Notes under the pieces: model-generated
Told to the model about the DNA's origin: nothing
Database searches by the model: none
Seen by the model: the letters and a program-made list of their open reading frames with translations, nothing else
Position numbers and translations under genes: made by a program
Source of the DNA: Anaerolineales bacterium
GTDB lineage: Bacteria > Chloroflexota > Anaerolineae > Anaerolineales > E44-bin32
Direction of reading: 5' to 3'
Assembly: GCA_016927115.1 (NCBI GenBank)
Contig: JAFGNH010000170.1
Location: forward strand, 7,541-71,540
DNA: 64,000 bases
Part shown: piece after piece, positions 22,375 to 31,220 of the stretch
Layout: every line of letters starts with the position of its first letter
Position numbering within the stretch: position 1 is the first letter of the stretch

Positions 22375-23705
22375 TTACCCCTTCCCTGCCGGACCTGACC
22401 AGATATGAACAGGCAATATCCACTACGGATACATTCCGGCTGGCCGGCCGCGTGGTTCAGGTCGTCGGGTTGACGATTGAAGCACTCGGGCTGGAAGCGC
22501 AGATTGGCGAAATCTGTGAGATTCCCACCAGAGATTCATCCCTGGTCTGTGAAGTTGTCGGGTTCCGGGAAAAACGAGCTCTCTTGATGCCATTGGGCGA
22601 GTTGGCCGGTATTCAGCCTGGTAGCCCTATCTTCCCAACCCGGACTGCTTTTGCCGTCCCCGTTGGTATGGAACTGCTGGGGAGAGTCCTTGATGGCCTG
22701 GGCAATCCAATCGACAGCAAAGGTCCGTTGGAGACCACAGAAACACGCAGCACAATCAATGCAGCCCCTCATCCACTCGATCGGAAGCCGATACATGAGT
22801 CACTGGTCACTGGTGTACGAGCTATAGACGGCTTCCTCACATGCGGAAAAGGCCAGCGGATGGGTATTTTTGCAGGAAGTGGTGTTGGAAAAAGCACACT
22901 CATGGGTGCCATTGCCCGCAGCACCGATTCTGATATCAGTGTAATCGCCCTGGTCGGCGAAAGAGGTCGTGAGGTCCAGGAGTTTATAGAACGCGATCTC
23001 GGTGAAGAAGGTTTGAAGCGTTCTGTACTGGTGGTTTCGACCTCTGATCAACCTGCTCTTCTTCGCCTGAAAGCCGCCTCCATAGCCACCACGATCGCAG
23101 AATATTTCCGTGACGGCGGCCTGGATGTCACCCTGATGATGGATTCTGTGACCCGCTATGCCATGGCCCAGCGTGAGGTTGGGCTGGCTATCGGAGAACC
23201 GCCTGCAAGCAAGGGGTACCCTCCTTCTGTTTTCTCGCTTCTGCCGAGACTCCTGGAGCGTGCCGGTGCGGGAAAACATGGAACAATCACCGGTTTCTTT
23301 ACAGTACTGGTGGAAGGTGATGATTTTAATGAGCCCATCTGTGATACATCACGCAGCATTCTCGACGGACATATTGTTCTCTCACGTGACCTGGCAGCCA
23401 GGAATCATTACCCTGCGATAGATGTGCTCAGCAGCGTCAGCAGGGTGATGCCTGCAGTAACATCCGAGAATCACCGCAGGGATGCGGCTATTGCGCGAAA
23501 ACACCTCGCGATATATGAAAAGGCCCGTGATCTGGTTAATATTGGTGCCTATGTCGCCGGATCAGATCCAGAAATAGACGCCGCTTTAAGCTCGCTTCCT
23601 TCATTGAATGACTTCCTTCTGCAGGGGCCTGACTTTATCCCATTTGAAACCACTCTGGATCTCCTCCACCAGATCGGGAAAGGAAAAGAAGCAAATGCCG
23701 CCTAA
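22371..23705 (+). CDS. fliI: flagellum-specific ATPase FliI
   Basis: Walker A GQRMGIFAGSGVGKSTL and Walker B VTLMMDSVTRYAMAQREV. The layout is F1-beta-like. Confidence 0.95.
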   Translation: MITPSLPDLTRYEQAISTTDTFRLAGRVVQVVGLTIEALGLEAQIGEICEIPTRDSSLVCEVVGFREKRALLMPLGELAGIQPGSPIFPTRTAFAVPVGMELLGRVLDGLGNPIDSKGPLETTETRSTINAAPHPLDRKPIHESLVTGVRAIDGFLTCGKGQRMGIFAGSGVGKSTLMGAIARSTDSDISVIALVGERGREVQEFIERDLGEEGLKRSVLVVSTSDQPALLRLKAASIATTIAEYFRDGGLDVTLMMDSVTRYAMAQREVGLAIGEPPASKGYPPSVFSLLPRLLERAGAGKHGTITGFFTVLVEGDDFNEPICDTSRSILDGHIVLSRDLAARNHYPAIDVLSSVSRVMPAVTSENHRRDAAIARKHLAIYEKARDLVNIGAYVAGSDPEIDAALSSLPSLNDFLLQGPDFIPFETTLDLLHQIGKGKEANAA

Positions 23706-24156
23706 ATTCAGTCTTCAGCCAGTTCTTGATTATCGCCACCGCCGCGTGGAAGCAATGGAAATCGAACTCGGCAGAATGATGCGTGAGAAAAACCGTGCGG
23801 AAGAAAAACTGCGATCGTTCTTTACCCGCCAACACGAAGTTCTTGAAGAAATCCGTATCGTTCAGGAAGGCGATCTGGATATACAGCGGATCCGTCAGCT
23901 GTACAACGGATTGAGAAACCTGCAGAAAATGATCGACAACCAGAAAATTATCCTGACCGAGATGATGCAGCGGATTGAAGAGAAGCGCAAGAAGATCGTC
24001 AATGCCCGGCAGGATGAAGAAACCCTCGAGATTCTCAAGGACAAAGAGGAAGAGAGGATCCTGGTGGAAGAAAACCGGAAAGAAAACGCTCTTCGCGACG
24101 ATATCTACATCGCACAGGCGTATCACAAATCGCAGAACCTGGAACAACAATCATGA
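23695..24156 (+). CDS. fliJ: flagellar export chaperone-escort FliJ
   Basis: A 153-aa coiled-coil protein ([35 protein letters not shown]..) placed after fliI. Confidence 0.75.
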   Translation: MPPKFSLQPVLDYRHRRVEAMEIELGRMMREKNRAEEKLRSFFTRQHEVLEEIRIVQEGDLDIQRIRQLYNGLRNLQKMIDNQKIILTEMMQRIEEKRKKIVNARQDEETLEILKDKEEERILVEENRKENALRDDIYIAQAYHKSQNLEQQS

Positions 24157-24680
24157 TAGATCTGACTTCACGTATTCAATCTGTAATGGCACAGCTCATG
24201 ATGGATATCATGGAGCGTGAACCACCTGCAGAAAACATCGATCCCCAATGGTTTTATGACGGCATGCCGGTCTTAAATCTTGGCCCGGACAGTTTTGACA
24301 CCGCCATCGCCAGCGCAGCCGTAAAATATAATCTTGATCCCGCCCTTATTAGAGCTGTCATTAAAACCGAATCAAATTTCAATCCCATGGCTGTTTCAGC
24401 TGCCGGCGCGGAAGGTTTGATGCAGCTGATGCCCGGTACAGCTTCATCTCTGGGCGTGACCAACTCCTTCAATCCGTTGGAGAATATCGATGGCGGCGCA
24501 AACTACCTCCGTCAGATGCTCGACCGTTTTGACGGCAATGTACGCCTCGCACTCGCCGCCTACAACGCCGGACCCGGAGCCGTCGATGAATACGACGGAA
24601 TCCCGCCCTATCAGGAAACCCAGAACTACGTGCAGCGGGTTCTGAGCACGTATGAATCCATGTTTGATTGGAGTATATGA
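24153..24680 (+). CDS. SLT-domain lytic transglycosylase (flagellar peptidoglycan-remodelling enzyme candidate)
   Basis: [36 protein letters not shown]...[13 protein letters not shown]...[13 protein letters not shown]. The catalytic E-S motif and the AYNAG motif of SLT family 1 are present. Confidence 0.8.
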   Translation: MIDLTSRIQSVMAQLMMDIMEREPPAENIDPQWFYDGMPVLNLGPDSFDTAIASAAVKYNLDPALIRAVIKTESNFNPMAVSAAGAEGLMQLMPGTASSLGVTNSFNPLENIDGGANYLRQMLDRFDGNVRLALAAYNAGPGAVDEYDGIPPYQETQNYVQRVLSTYESMFDWSI

Positions 24681-24681
24681 G

Positions 24682-25086
24682 ATGTCAGGAAGCATCCTTC
24701 CAGATAATGCCATCCGGACCGCAGCCAGTGCATTGAACGGCCTGGCTCGTCGCCAGGAGATGACCGCACAGAATATCGCCAATATCGATACACCAGGGTA
24801 CAGAGCTCAGGAAGTCGATTTTGAGACAGCCCTGCGGCAGGCAGCCGGATCCGAACGGCACCTGTCTGTCCAATCCACTCATGGCAATCACCTGGCATCG
24901 CAGTCTACACCCGTCGGATATCAAATTGAAACCCGGAAAGGAGGTACAGAACGCGCAGACGGAAATAATGTCGATATCGATCTTGAGCTTGCCACAATGG
25001 CTGAAACCGGCGTCCGCTATCAAGCGCTGACCAGCCTTATAAGCCGCAAGCTCAGCCTGCTGAAAAATATAGCGAACAGGAGTTAA
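24682..25086 (+). CDS. flgB: flagellar proximal rod protein FlgB
   Basis: ALNGLARRQEMTAQNIANIDTPGYRAQEVDFETAL...DGNNVDIDLELATMAETGVRYQALTSLI. Confidence 0.85.
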   Translation: MSGSILPDNAIRTAASALNGLARRQEMTAQNIANIDTPGYRAQEVDFETALRQAAGSERHLSVQSTHGNHLASQSTPVGYQIETRKGGTERADGNNVDIDLELATMAETGVRYQALTSLISRKLSLLKNIANRS

Positions 25087-25092
25087 TCATTT

Positions 25093-26373
25093 ATGCAGGA
25101 TATTTTAGTCCAGGCCCAATTCCTGGCACCAGCCCCTGCTGAAGTTCAATCAACACCAAAGCAGGAAGAAACTGCCCGGGAAACATCATTCGATGATGTC
25201 CTTGAAGCTCGCCTGGAAGATCGGGAACGGAAAAAAACCCGAAGTAAAGAAGCCCCGGAGCCGGAGCAGCTTGCTGCAACCGTGCAGAATCAGCAGACCG
25301 CCCCACCGATTCAAAAGCAGAAAGCTCCGGAACCCGAGTCAGCGATACAGGCAGAACCTGTCCAGATACCCACTGTCTCAACGGGCCAAAAAACCATGGG
25401 GCTTCCGGAAGCACTCACGGAAACCACCATGAGTGAATCTGCCGCTGCAGCTTTCTTTTCCGGGGAAATTCCAGAACAGCCTGTGGTTGAAAGTGTGCAG
25501 GAAACTGCAACTGGTTTTGAGGAAATGCTCGCTGAATCTCAATCCGCTGAGGCTGACCGTTCATCCGAGAAGGACATTATCCCAACACAGTCCGAAACGC
25601 TCCAGGCGATCACAGAAGAGAAAGGAAAACCGTTATCTGAGGATTTTGATAACCAGAAGAACAGTATTGAACAAACCGAAGAAAAGAACTTAAGGGTGCA
25701 ACCCCAAAAAACCGGTGAAAACTCTACCATCCCTGAACCTGAACCGGAGCCGACTGCGAATGAAATAAGAGCAGCGGTGGAAGATTCCAACCGGTACCAG
25801 GAAGATTCATCAGACACGGACATACAGCCAGACCTGGAAAAGACCAATGAAACAAACACACAGGTGAAATCCAGCCAGAACGAAGTCCGCGTCCAATTCC
25901 AGGAAGGGGCTCCACCAGCACAAGTATCCGTCGTATCTGAGCCGGCCCGTACAGCGGAAGCTCAGCCAGCAGTTATTCTCCCCCAGATTGAAGATGGGAT
26001 CACCCAACTAATGAAATCCAGGAAGACGTCCATTCGGATCCAGCTGCAACCTGAGGATCTGGGGCGAATCCGGATCAAACTGGTACAGGATAACAACGGC
26101 CTGCGAGTGGCAATGAGCGCAGAGCAGCAGGACACAAACCAGCTGCTGGAACGCCATCTGCACACCCTGCAGAAATCGCTGTCCGACGCAGGCATTCAAC
26201 TCACCGGCTTTGATATAGGGTCTCGAAATCAGCACAACCCCTCACAGACATCGGATTCCTGGCAGACATTCACTACCAGAAAGCCCGAGTACGTTTCTGC
26301 ACCATCTGTTCCTGAGCTGATTCAAACACCCATTCAATACAGCATCGATTCTGCTGTAGATTACCGAATATGA
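25093..26373 (+). CDS. fliK: flagellar hook-length control protein FliK
   Basis: An acidic, Pro/Glu/Gln-rich spacer is followed by a C-terminal Flg_hook-type domain IRIQLQPEDLGRIRIKLVQDNNGLRVAMSAEQQDTNQLLERHLHTLQKSLSDAGIQLTGFDI. Confidence 0.8.
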   Translation: MQDILVQAQFLAPAPAEVQSTPKQEETARETSFDDVLEARLEDRERKKTRSKEAPEPEQLAATVQNQQTAPPIQKQKAPEPESAIQAEPVQIPTVSTGQKTMGLPEALTETTMSESAAAAFFSGEIPEQPVVESVQETATGFEEMLAESQSAEADRSSEKDIIPTQSETLQAITEEKGKPLSEDFDNQKNSIEQTEEKNLRVQPQKTGENSTIPEPEPEPTANEIRAAVEDSNRYQEDSSDTDIQPDLEKTNETNTQVKSSQNEVRVQFQEGAPPAQVSVVSEPARTAEAQPAVILPQIEDGITQLMKSRKTSIRIQLQPEDLGRIRIKLVQDNNGLRVAMSAEQQDTNQLLERHLHTLQKSLSDAGIQLTGFDIGSRNQHNPSQTSDSWQTFTTRKPEYVSAPSVPELIQTPIQYSIDSAVDYRI

Positions 26374-26383
26374 GAGGTGCCTT

Positions 26384-26806
26384 ATGACAGTATCAGCTGT
26401 AACAGCTGCATCCAGCAGTACGCAGAGCTCCGCCAGTGTGAACACGTTCTCCAATATGCAGAGCAATGAGTTCATGATGCTGCTGCTGGTCGAACTAAAA
26501 AATCAGGACCCACTCGAACCCATGGACAGCAATGAAATCATGGGGCAGATCACCCAGCTCAACTCGCTGCAGGAACTGCAAGCCATCAACGGAGGCATAG
26601 CGAACCTTGCTCAAAATAATAAGCTGGTTGAAGCTGCTTCCCTCCTCGAAAAGATGGTCTCATACGTCTCCGGGGACGACCTTGTGAAAATCGGACTTGT
26701 CGAGGGGATCACACAATCGGGAGAAGAAATCAGTCTTCTGATTGGAGATGATGCAGTAGCGCTGGACAGCATTCTATCCATCCAGCCGGCTGCAAAGGAA
26801 AGCTGA
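26384..26806 (+). CDS. flgD: hook capping/scaffold protein FlgD
   Basis: NEFMMLLLVELKNQDPLEPMDSNEIMGQITQLNSLQELQ. Confidence 0.85.
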   Translation: MTVSAVTAASSSTQSSASVNTFSNMQSNEFMMLLLVELKNQDPLEPMDSNEIMGQITQLNSLQELQAINGGIANLAQNNKLVEAASLLEKMVSYVSGDDLVKIGLVEGITQSGEEISLLIGDDAVALDSILSIQPAAKES

Positions 26807-26807
26807 A

Positions 26808-27191
26808 ATGGTCGATAAAATAATTCTCAGCCAGGTTGGTGGAATCTTACCTACCCCATCATCATCACAGGCAGGGAAAACGGCTGAAGCCAATGGCTCA
26901 TTCGCAGATGTGCTTTCAAAAGCCAGTAATGGTGTGCAGTTTTCGAACCATGCACAGAAGCGCATGCAGGTACGCGATATTGCTCTCAACGATGAAGGCA
27001 TCAACCGATTGACCCGTGCGGTCGAGAAAGCTGAAAAGCGGGGCTGCCAGGAGTCACTGATCCTGATGGATGATCTGGCCTTTATCGTCAACGTCAAAGA
27101 TCGAATGATTGTCACTGCTTTAGATGTAGAACAAAAAGGCGAAGGGGTCTTCACTCAGATAGACAGTGTCGTCCTCGCCGATAATGGCTGA
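26808..27191 (+). CDS. flagellar operon protein of unknown function (TIGR02530-like, found between flgD and flgE in Firmicutes and spirochaetes)
   Basis: VQFSNHAQKRMQVRDIALNDEGINRLTRAVEKAEKRGCQESLILMDDLAFIVNVKDRMIVTALD, recognised from memory of that family. The position is conserved. Confidence 0.55.
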   Translation: MVDKIILSQVGGILPTPSSSQAGKTAEANGSFADVLSKASNGVQFSNHAQKRMQVRDIALNDEGINRLTRAVEKAEKRGCQESLILMDDLAFIVNVKDRMIVTALDVEQKGEGVFTQIDSVVLADNG

Positions 27192-27258
27192 AAAAAAATC
27201 TAAATAAACAGGCCGGCCCTCTTGGAGGAAGCCTGTAAATATTACCAGGAGGAAACAA

Positions 27259-28467
27259 ATGTTACGCGCAATGTCTACCGCAATTACTTCTTTAGGACTG
27301 CATCAATCCTATATGGACGTCATCGCCGACAACCTGGCAAATGCCAACACATCTGGATTCAAATCAAGTACTGTTACATTCCAGGACCAATTCGGGCAGC
27401 TGCTCGGGGCTGGTTCTTCTCCCACAGCAGACCTGGGTGGTATCAATCCCACACAGATCGGCCTGGGTGTACGCCTGGGTTCCATCAGCCGCAACTTCAC
27501 CCAGGGCACCCTGAAAGACACCGGTCGGTCCCTCGACATGGCTCTCCAGGGAGATGGCTTTTTCATCTACCAGGATGGCGAAACCCGCTACTACTCCCGC
27601 GACGGCTCACTGGAGCTGGACTCCGAGGGTGTGCTGGTGAACGCCTCCACCGGCCAGCGAATCCTTGGCTGGATGCCCAACGCTGCCGGTGTCATCGACA
27701 CAGGAACCGGGCTCAGCGAAATATCTATCCCGCTGGACGATGCCCTTGCCCGCGCTACCACCGAAGCCCTGCTGGGTGGTAATATCGACGCCTCAGCTGG
27801 TATCAGTGATACTATGCAGATCACAATCGGCGCCTATGACTCCCTCGGCGACCTGCAGACCCTGTCCATTGAATTCGAAAAGACTGCAGATAACGAATGG
27901 GACTGGACAGTTACATCAGGCGGCTCCGGTACCGGAACACTGACCTTCAACTCGGATGGCTCGTATGACGCAGTCACAGCGACACAGATCACCATCACGG
28001 GCGCAGGCGGCGCAGCCAATACAGTTTTCGACATCGACTTCAGTGACCTGACCCAGCTCTCCACCGATGACACCGTAGCCCTGGTCAGCCAGAATGGTTT
28101 GGCTGCCGGCACTATCTCAGGATTTGATGTTGTATCCAACACCGGTGAAATTTATGGGCTGTACTCCAACGGCCTGCAGCAGCTGCTCGGTCAGATTTCA
28201 ATCGCTTCATTCGTCAACCCTGTAGGTCTGAACCGTGTCGGTCAGAACATGTATACAGTTGGCCTGAACTCCGGCGAACCCCAGGTAGGTGAAGCCGGCA
28301 CAGGCGGCCGCGGTACCATTTCTTCCGGATACCTCGAGGCTTCGAACGTCGACCTTTCCAAAGAATTTACGAACATGATCCTTGCCCAGAGAGGTTTCCA
28401 GGCCTCCTCACGAATTATCACCACCTCGGATGAAATGCTGCAGGAATTGGTCAATTTGAAACGATAA
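27259..28467 (+). CDS. flgE: flagellar hook protein FlgE
   Basis: MLRAMSTAITSLGLHQSYMDVIADNLANANTSGFKSS...GYLEASNVDLSKEFTNMILAQRGFQASSRIITTSDEMLQELVNL. Confidence 0.95.
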   Translation: MLRAMSTAITSLGLHQSYMDVIADNLANANTSGFKSSTVTFQDQFGQLLGAGSSPTADLGGINPTQIGLGVRLGSISRNFTQGTLKDTGRSLDMALQGDGFFIYQDGETRYYSRDGSLELDSEGVLVNASTGQRILGWMPNAAGVIDTGTGLSEISIPLDDALARATTEALLGGNIDASAGISDTMQITIGAYDSLGDLQTLSIEFEKTADNEWDWTVTSGGSGTGTLTFNSDGSYDAVTATQITITGAGGAANTVFDIDFSDLTQLSTDDTVALVSQNGLAAGTISGFDVVSNTGEIYGLYSNGLQQLLGQISIASFVNPVGLNRVGQNMYTVGLNSGEPQVGEAGTGGRGTISSGYLEASNVDLSKEFTNMILAQRGFQASSRIITTSDEMLQELVNLKR

Positions 28468-28478
28468 AAGTAGTTCCA

Positions 28479-28505
28479 GCCGGGGCTGGCTAGGCCAGCC
28501 CCGGC
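28479..28505 (+). terminator. GC-rich perfect hairpin after flgE (no U-tract)
   Basis: GCCGGGGCTGGC-tag-GCCAGCCCCGGC is a 12-bp stem. It is followed directly by the tandem repeat array rather than a T-run. Confidence 0.4.
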
Positions 28506-28588
28506 CTTGATTAAAAGCTTAAGTGAAGGCTTGAGTAAGGGCTTGAGTGAGGGCTTGATTAAAGGCTTGAGTGAAAGCTTGAGTAAAA
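28505..28588 (+). repeat. 7 x 12-bp tandem repeat (consensus GCTTGAKTRARR), ending 4 nt before the next start codon
   Basis: The units are ccttgattaaaa, gcttaagtgaag, gcttgagtaagg, gcttgagtgagg, gcttgattaaag, gcttgagtgaaa and gcttgagtaaaa. Confidence 0.9.
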
Positions 28589-28592
28589 GACT

Positions 28593-29930
28593 ATGGAAAC
28601 CTCCGGCATACAGCCTGTTCTTCCCCAACAACGGGTCAACGACCCGTCACATGCGCTCAGGGTAAACCAACGGATCTCTGCTGAAATATTGAAGGTAGCA
28701 GCAGATCATGTTGTGCTTGCACTGGATGGTTTCCCGGTCATCGCTCAGCTGACTTCCCCGGATCAGACAGCCGAACTGGCTGACCGAAAAAATGCTCAAT
28801 TTCTAGTGAAGGATTCAAGTGGGAAACAGCTTCTTCTGCAATTGGTCCCGGAAGAATCCGCCCGATCAACCGCCAGTACCAGTGAAACCGCCCTCATTGC
28901 CAAACTATTGAACCATCTGGGCATCCCGATGGAAAACTCAAACCTTATCCTTGCTCAGCAGTTGATCGAAGCCGGGATTCCCATAACTCCCCCGGCACTG
29001 GCTGTTCTGCGAAAGCTGCTGGATCAGACCGGTCCGTGGGAACAACAGCAGGCACATTCAGCAGTTCAACTCCTGAAGGCAGGCATTCCACTCACTTTAA
29101 AAACCCTCAATCTTGCGTTGGCAGAACACCCGGGAATAATACCTGCATTGCAGGAGTTATTCGCCAGGCTGCAAATATTTGAAACAGTCCAAACCTCACC
29201 CTGGCTGAAGTCCTCAGTCCAGAAGGTTTTACAATTCTTGAATCAGATCCTCTCCACTGACAACAGCACCTCAGCAGATCCGAAAGCAATGGCTTTCCTG
29301 GTAAACAACCTGGGCAGCACACTGGAAAATCACCTGCTGAAGCTGCTTTCACAACCCGATGCAGCGAACACAGACCCTCTTTTCCAGCTGTTAGCGCTGC
29401 GCTCACAGCTGCAGGCAGCCAACCATACAGCTTTGACAGACCTGATTGACCGTGTCCTGACTGAACTGGAGTTTCAGGGATTACAGAATCTTCCCCCTGC
29501 AGACCAGCACCAGGAAGGCGACTGGTTCACAGTGGACCTGCCTTTTCTGGTTTCGCAGACACAGGCTCAGCAGCATCAGCGGATGAAAACGGTACGGCTG
29601 CGTATAGCATACCAGCAGGAGAACGGGGAGGCTGTGATCGACCCTGCCAGTACCCATTTGAAGCTTCATTTTCCAATAGGTGCGTACAGGGAACTGACTT
29701 TTGATCTCATTCTGACGGAGGAATCCGTAGCCGCCCGTATCAATGCTTCTGATGAAGAACTGCAAGGATATGCGGAACAGGAACTTCCGGATCTGAAGTC
29801 GAAGCTTGAAGCCCTGGGCTACCACATCCAGCGGGTGGAATGTATGGTCAGCACCGGGAATGACATATTGAACACACTCCAGCCTCCTGTCGCCTCACTG
29901 CCGGACAGGGCTATTAATGTGGAGGCCTGA
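28593..29930 (+). CDS. FliK-like protein (second hook-length-control-type paralog), otherwise uncharacterised
   Basis: 445 aa. The C-terminus (TVRLRIAYQQENGEAVIDPASTHLKLHF...VAARINASDEELQGYAEQELPDLKSKLEALGYHIQRVECMV) follows the Flg_hook pattern x-L-x-L-x-P..v-x-f-x-a....L...L..L...G. The gene precedes an FlhB-CTD gene. Confidence 0.45.
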   Translation: METSGIQPVLPQQRVNDPSHALRVNQRISAEILKVAADHVVLALDGFPVIAQLTSPDQTAELADRKNAQFLVKDSSGKQLLLQLVPEESARSTASTSETALIAKLLNHLGIPMENSNLILAQQLIEAGIPITPPALAVLRKLLDQTGPWEQQQAHSAVQLLKAGIPLTLKTLNLALAEHPGIIPALQELFARLQIFETVQTSPWLKSSVQKVLQFLNQILSTDNSTSADPKAMAFLVNNLGSTLENHLLKLLSQPDAANTDPLFQLLALRSQLQAANHTALTDLIDRVLTELEFQGLQNLPPADQHQEGDWFTVDLPFLVSQTQAQQHQRMKTVRLRIAYQQENGEAVIDPASTHLKLHFPIGAYRELTFDLILTEESVAARINASDEELQGYAEQELPDLKSKLEALGYHIQRVECMVSTGNDILNTLQPPVASLPDRAINVEA

Positions 29931-29932
29931 CA

Positions 29933-30232
29933 GTGGCTGCAGAAAATTCTTCCCCACCATCAGGAAAGCAGAAAACGGAGAGGCAGAAGGCGGTTGCTCT
30001 GGGCTATGATCCCGGCCTGGATTCAGCGCCGCGCGTTCTGGCGGGTGGTGCCGGAAAAACAGCTGAACGGATCATACAGCTGGCTGAAGAACACGGAATT
30101 GTCATCCAGGAAGATCCTCTTCTGGTTGAAGCGTTGTCTCAGGTTGAACTGGGATCCGTGATTCCTCCCGAATTGTATCGTATTGTTGCTGAAATCTTTG
30201 CCTATGTTTACCGCATCCAGGACCGTATTTGA
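29933..30232 (+). CDS. stand-alone FlhB C-terminal-domain protein (EscU/YscU/HrcU-type, YlqH-like)
   Basis: KAVALGYDPGLDSAPRVLAGGAGKTAERIIQLAEEHGIVIQEDPLLVEALSQVELGSVIPPELYRIVAEIFAYVYRI aligns with FlhB 49749 (AIALGYEAEKMKAPVVLAKGAYKVAERIRDLATEKNIPVIQNVPLARALY..IPPEFYMAIAEILAQVYKL). It lacks the NPTH motif. GTG start. Confidence 0.8.
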   Translation: MAAENSSPPSGKQKTERQKAVALGYDPGLDSAPRVLAGGAGKTAERIIQLAEEHGIVIQEDPLLVEALSQVELGSVIPPELYRIVAEIFAYVYRIQDRI

Positions 30233-30366
30233 TCCTTACAGAAGAGGCAGCCAAAACCCCATCCGGCCACCAGAAATACCGTCGGGGAGCGACTATCACA
30301 CTCAGATAGTCATCATCAGATTATCTCTGATGCGGCACCGGGGGTGAGTATCCTTCCGGTGGATAA

Positions 30367-30816
30367 TCAGGGATGGTAGCTGATCAACGCCACTCCTGCG
30401 ATACTCAACACAACCCCGACTGCATTGACCGGTGTCAGCTTCTCTCCTGCGAGAAGCACACCGATTGCCAGCAAACCGATATTTACAAAGATACCCGTAA
30501 CCAGATTCCCGGTGCTTAAATTCCAGCCATATCGATACATCAGCAGAAAGCCTAACTCCAGAAGCAGCACTGAACCGCCAACTGCAGCCTGAGTCCAGTT
30601 CAGCTCCTGCAAATGTTTGGTAAAGCCCCCCTGCACGGGAAAAATCAGCAGCAGGAACAATCCAAGAGCAAGAACTACCAGATAGACTGCCAGAATGGAA
30701 ATGATCGGGTTAATCGATGGAGAAACCCTTTTTACAAAAGATTGATAAGCAATAGCCCCTACAATGGCAATTATGGCAGAAATGTAGAACATAGGTTTAC
30801 GCTTCCCAGGATTCAT
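30367..30816 (-). CDS. small multi-pass membrane protein, EamA/DMT-like
   Basis: 149 aa with about 5 hydrophobic helices. The C-terminal G-rich helix LLAGEKLTPVNAVGVVLSIAGVALI is typical of EamA-type half-transporters. Confidence 0.5.
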   Translation of the reverse strand: MNPGKRKPMFYISAIIAIVGAIAYQSFVKRVSPSINPIISILAVYLVVLALGLFLLLIFPVQGGFTKHLQELNWTQAAVGGSVLLLELGFLLMYRYGWNLSTGNLVTGIFVNIGLLAIGVLLAGEKLTPVNAVGVVLSIAGVALISYHP

Positions 30817-31220
30817 AGCTTGCTGCCTGTCTGAACATATCTGGATGCTTCTTCCTCATAAGATCCATACAAAAAACCTCCCATAGTCCTCTCTATGTTT
30901 CCAGCTGCAAGCATAGAAAAACGCGGTATCCGAACCAACCATGCAGCCAGGTTCTGCCTGCAACCCGGTCCTGGCATCAGGGATGGAACAGAATTACGAG
31001 TCTCCATAAAATCCTTTCCTCAGCACGATGGAGCACCAGCTTGCTCGCTGATGATTGTAACGGATCACGTCCAATCGGGAAATACAATTACCATGGATCG
31101 ATTAGTGAAAAAAGACTGTCATCAGTTCCACAGGATAGCAGCCCGGATAGATTTCCTGGAACCTGCCCGTACTCCGCTTAGACCGGAAATAAATCGACTG
31201 CTATTTTTTTGCTGCAGGTT

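Noticed and set aside
27158-27184. Perfect sigma-28 -10 box GCCGATAA (27177..27184), 75 nt upstream of flgE.
   Set aside because: The -35 position, 15 nt upstream, reads GATA rather than TAAA. The box lies inside the coding sequence of the preceding gene. It remains only a weak possibility for an internal promoter.
28505-28588. Short direct repeats, considered as a possible CRISPR array.
   Set aside because: The units are contiguous 12-mers with no spacers, far below CRISPR repeat length. No cas genes are present in the window.
28242-28631. 129-aa minus-strand ORF with a striking (LKPS)n repeat.
   Set aside because: The repeat is the reverse-frame read-out of the 12-bp tandem DNA repeat. 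The ORF overlaps the well-supported 3' end of flgE and the start of the next gene, and has no RBS.
30314-30332. 7-bp hairpin CATCAGA-ttatc-TCTGATG between the convergent FlhB-CTD and DMT-like genes, considered as a bidirectional terminator.
   Set aside because: The stem is short and AT-rich, and there is no U-tract on either strand. Support is insufficient.
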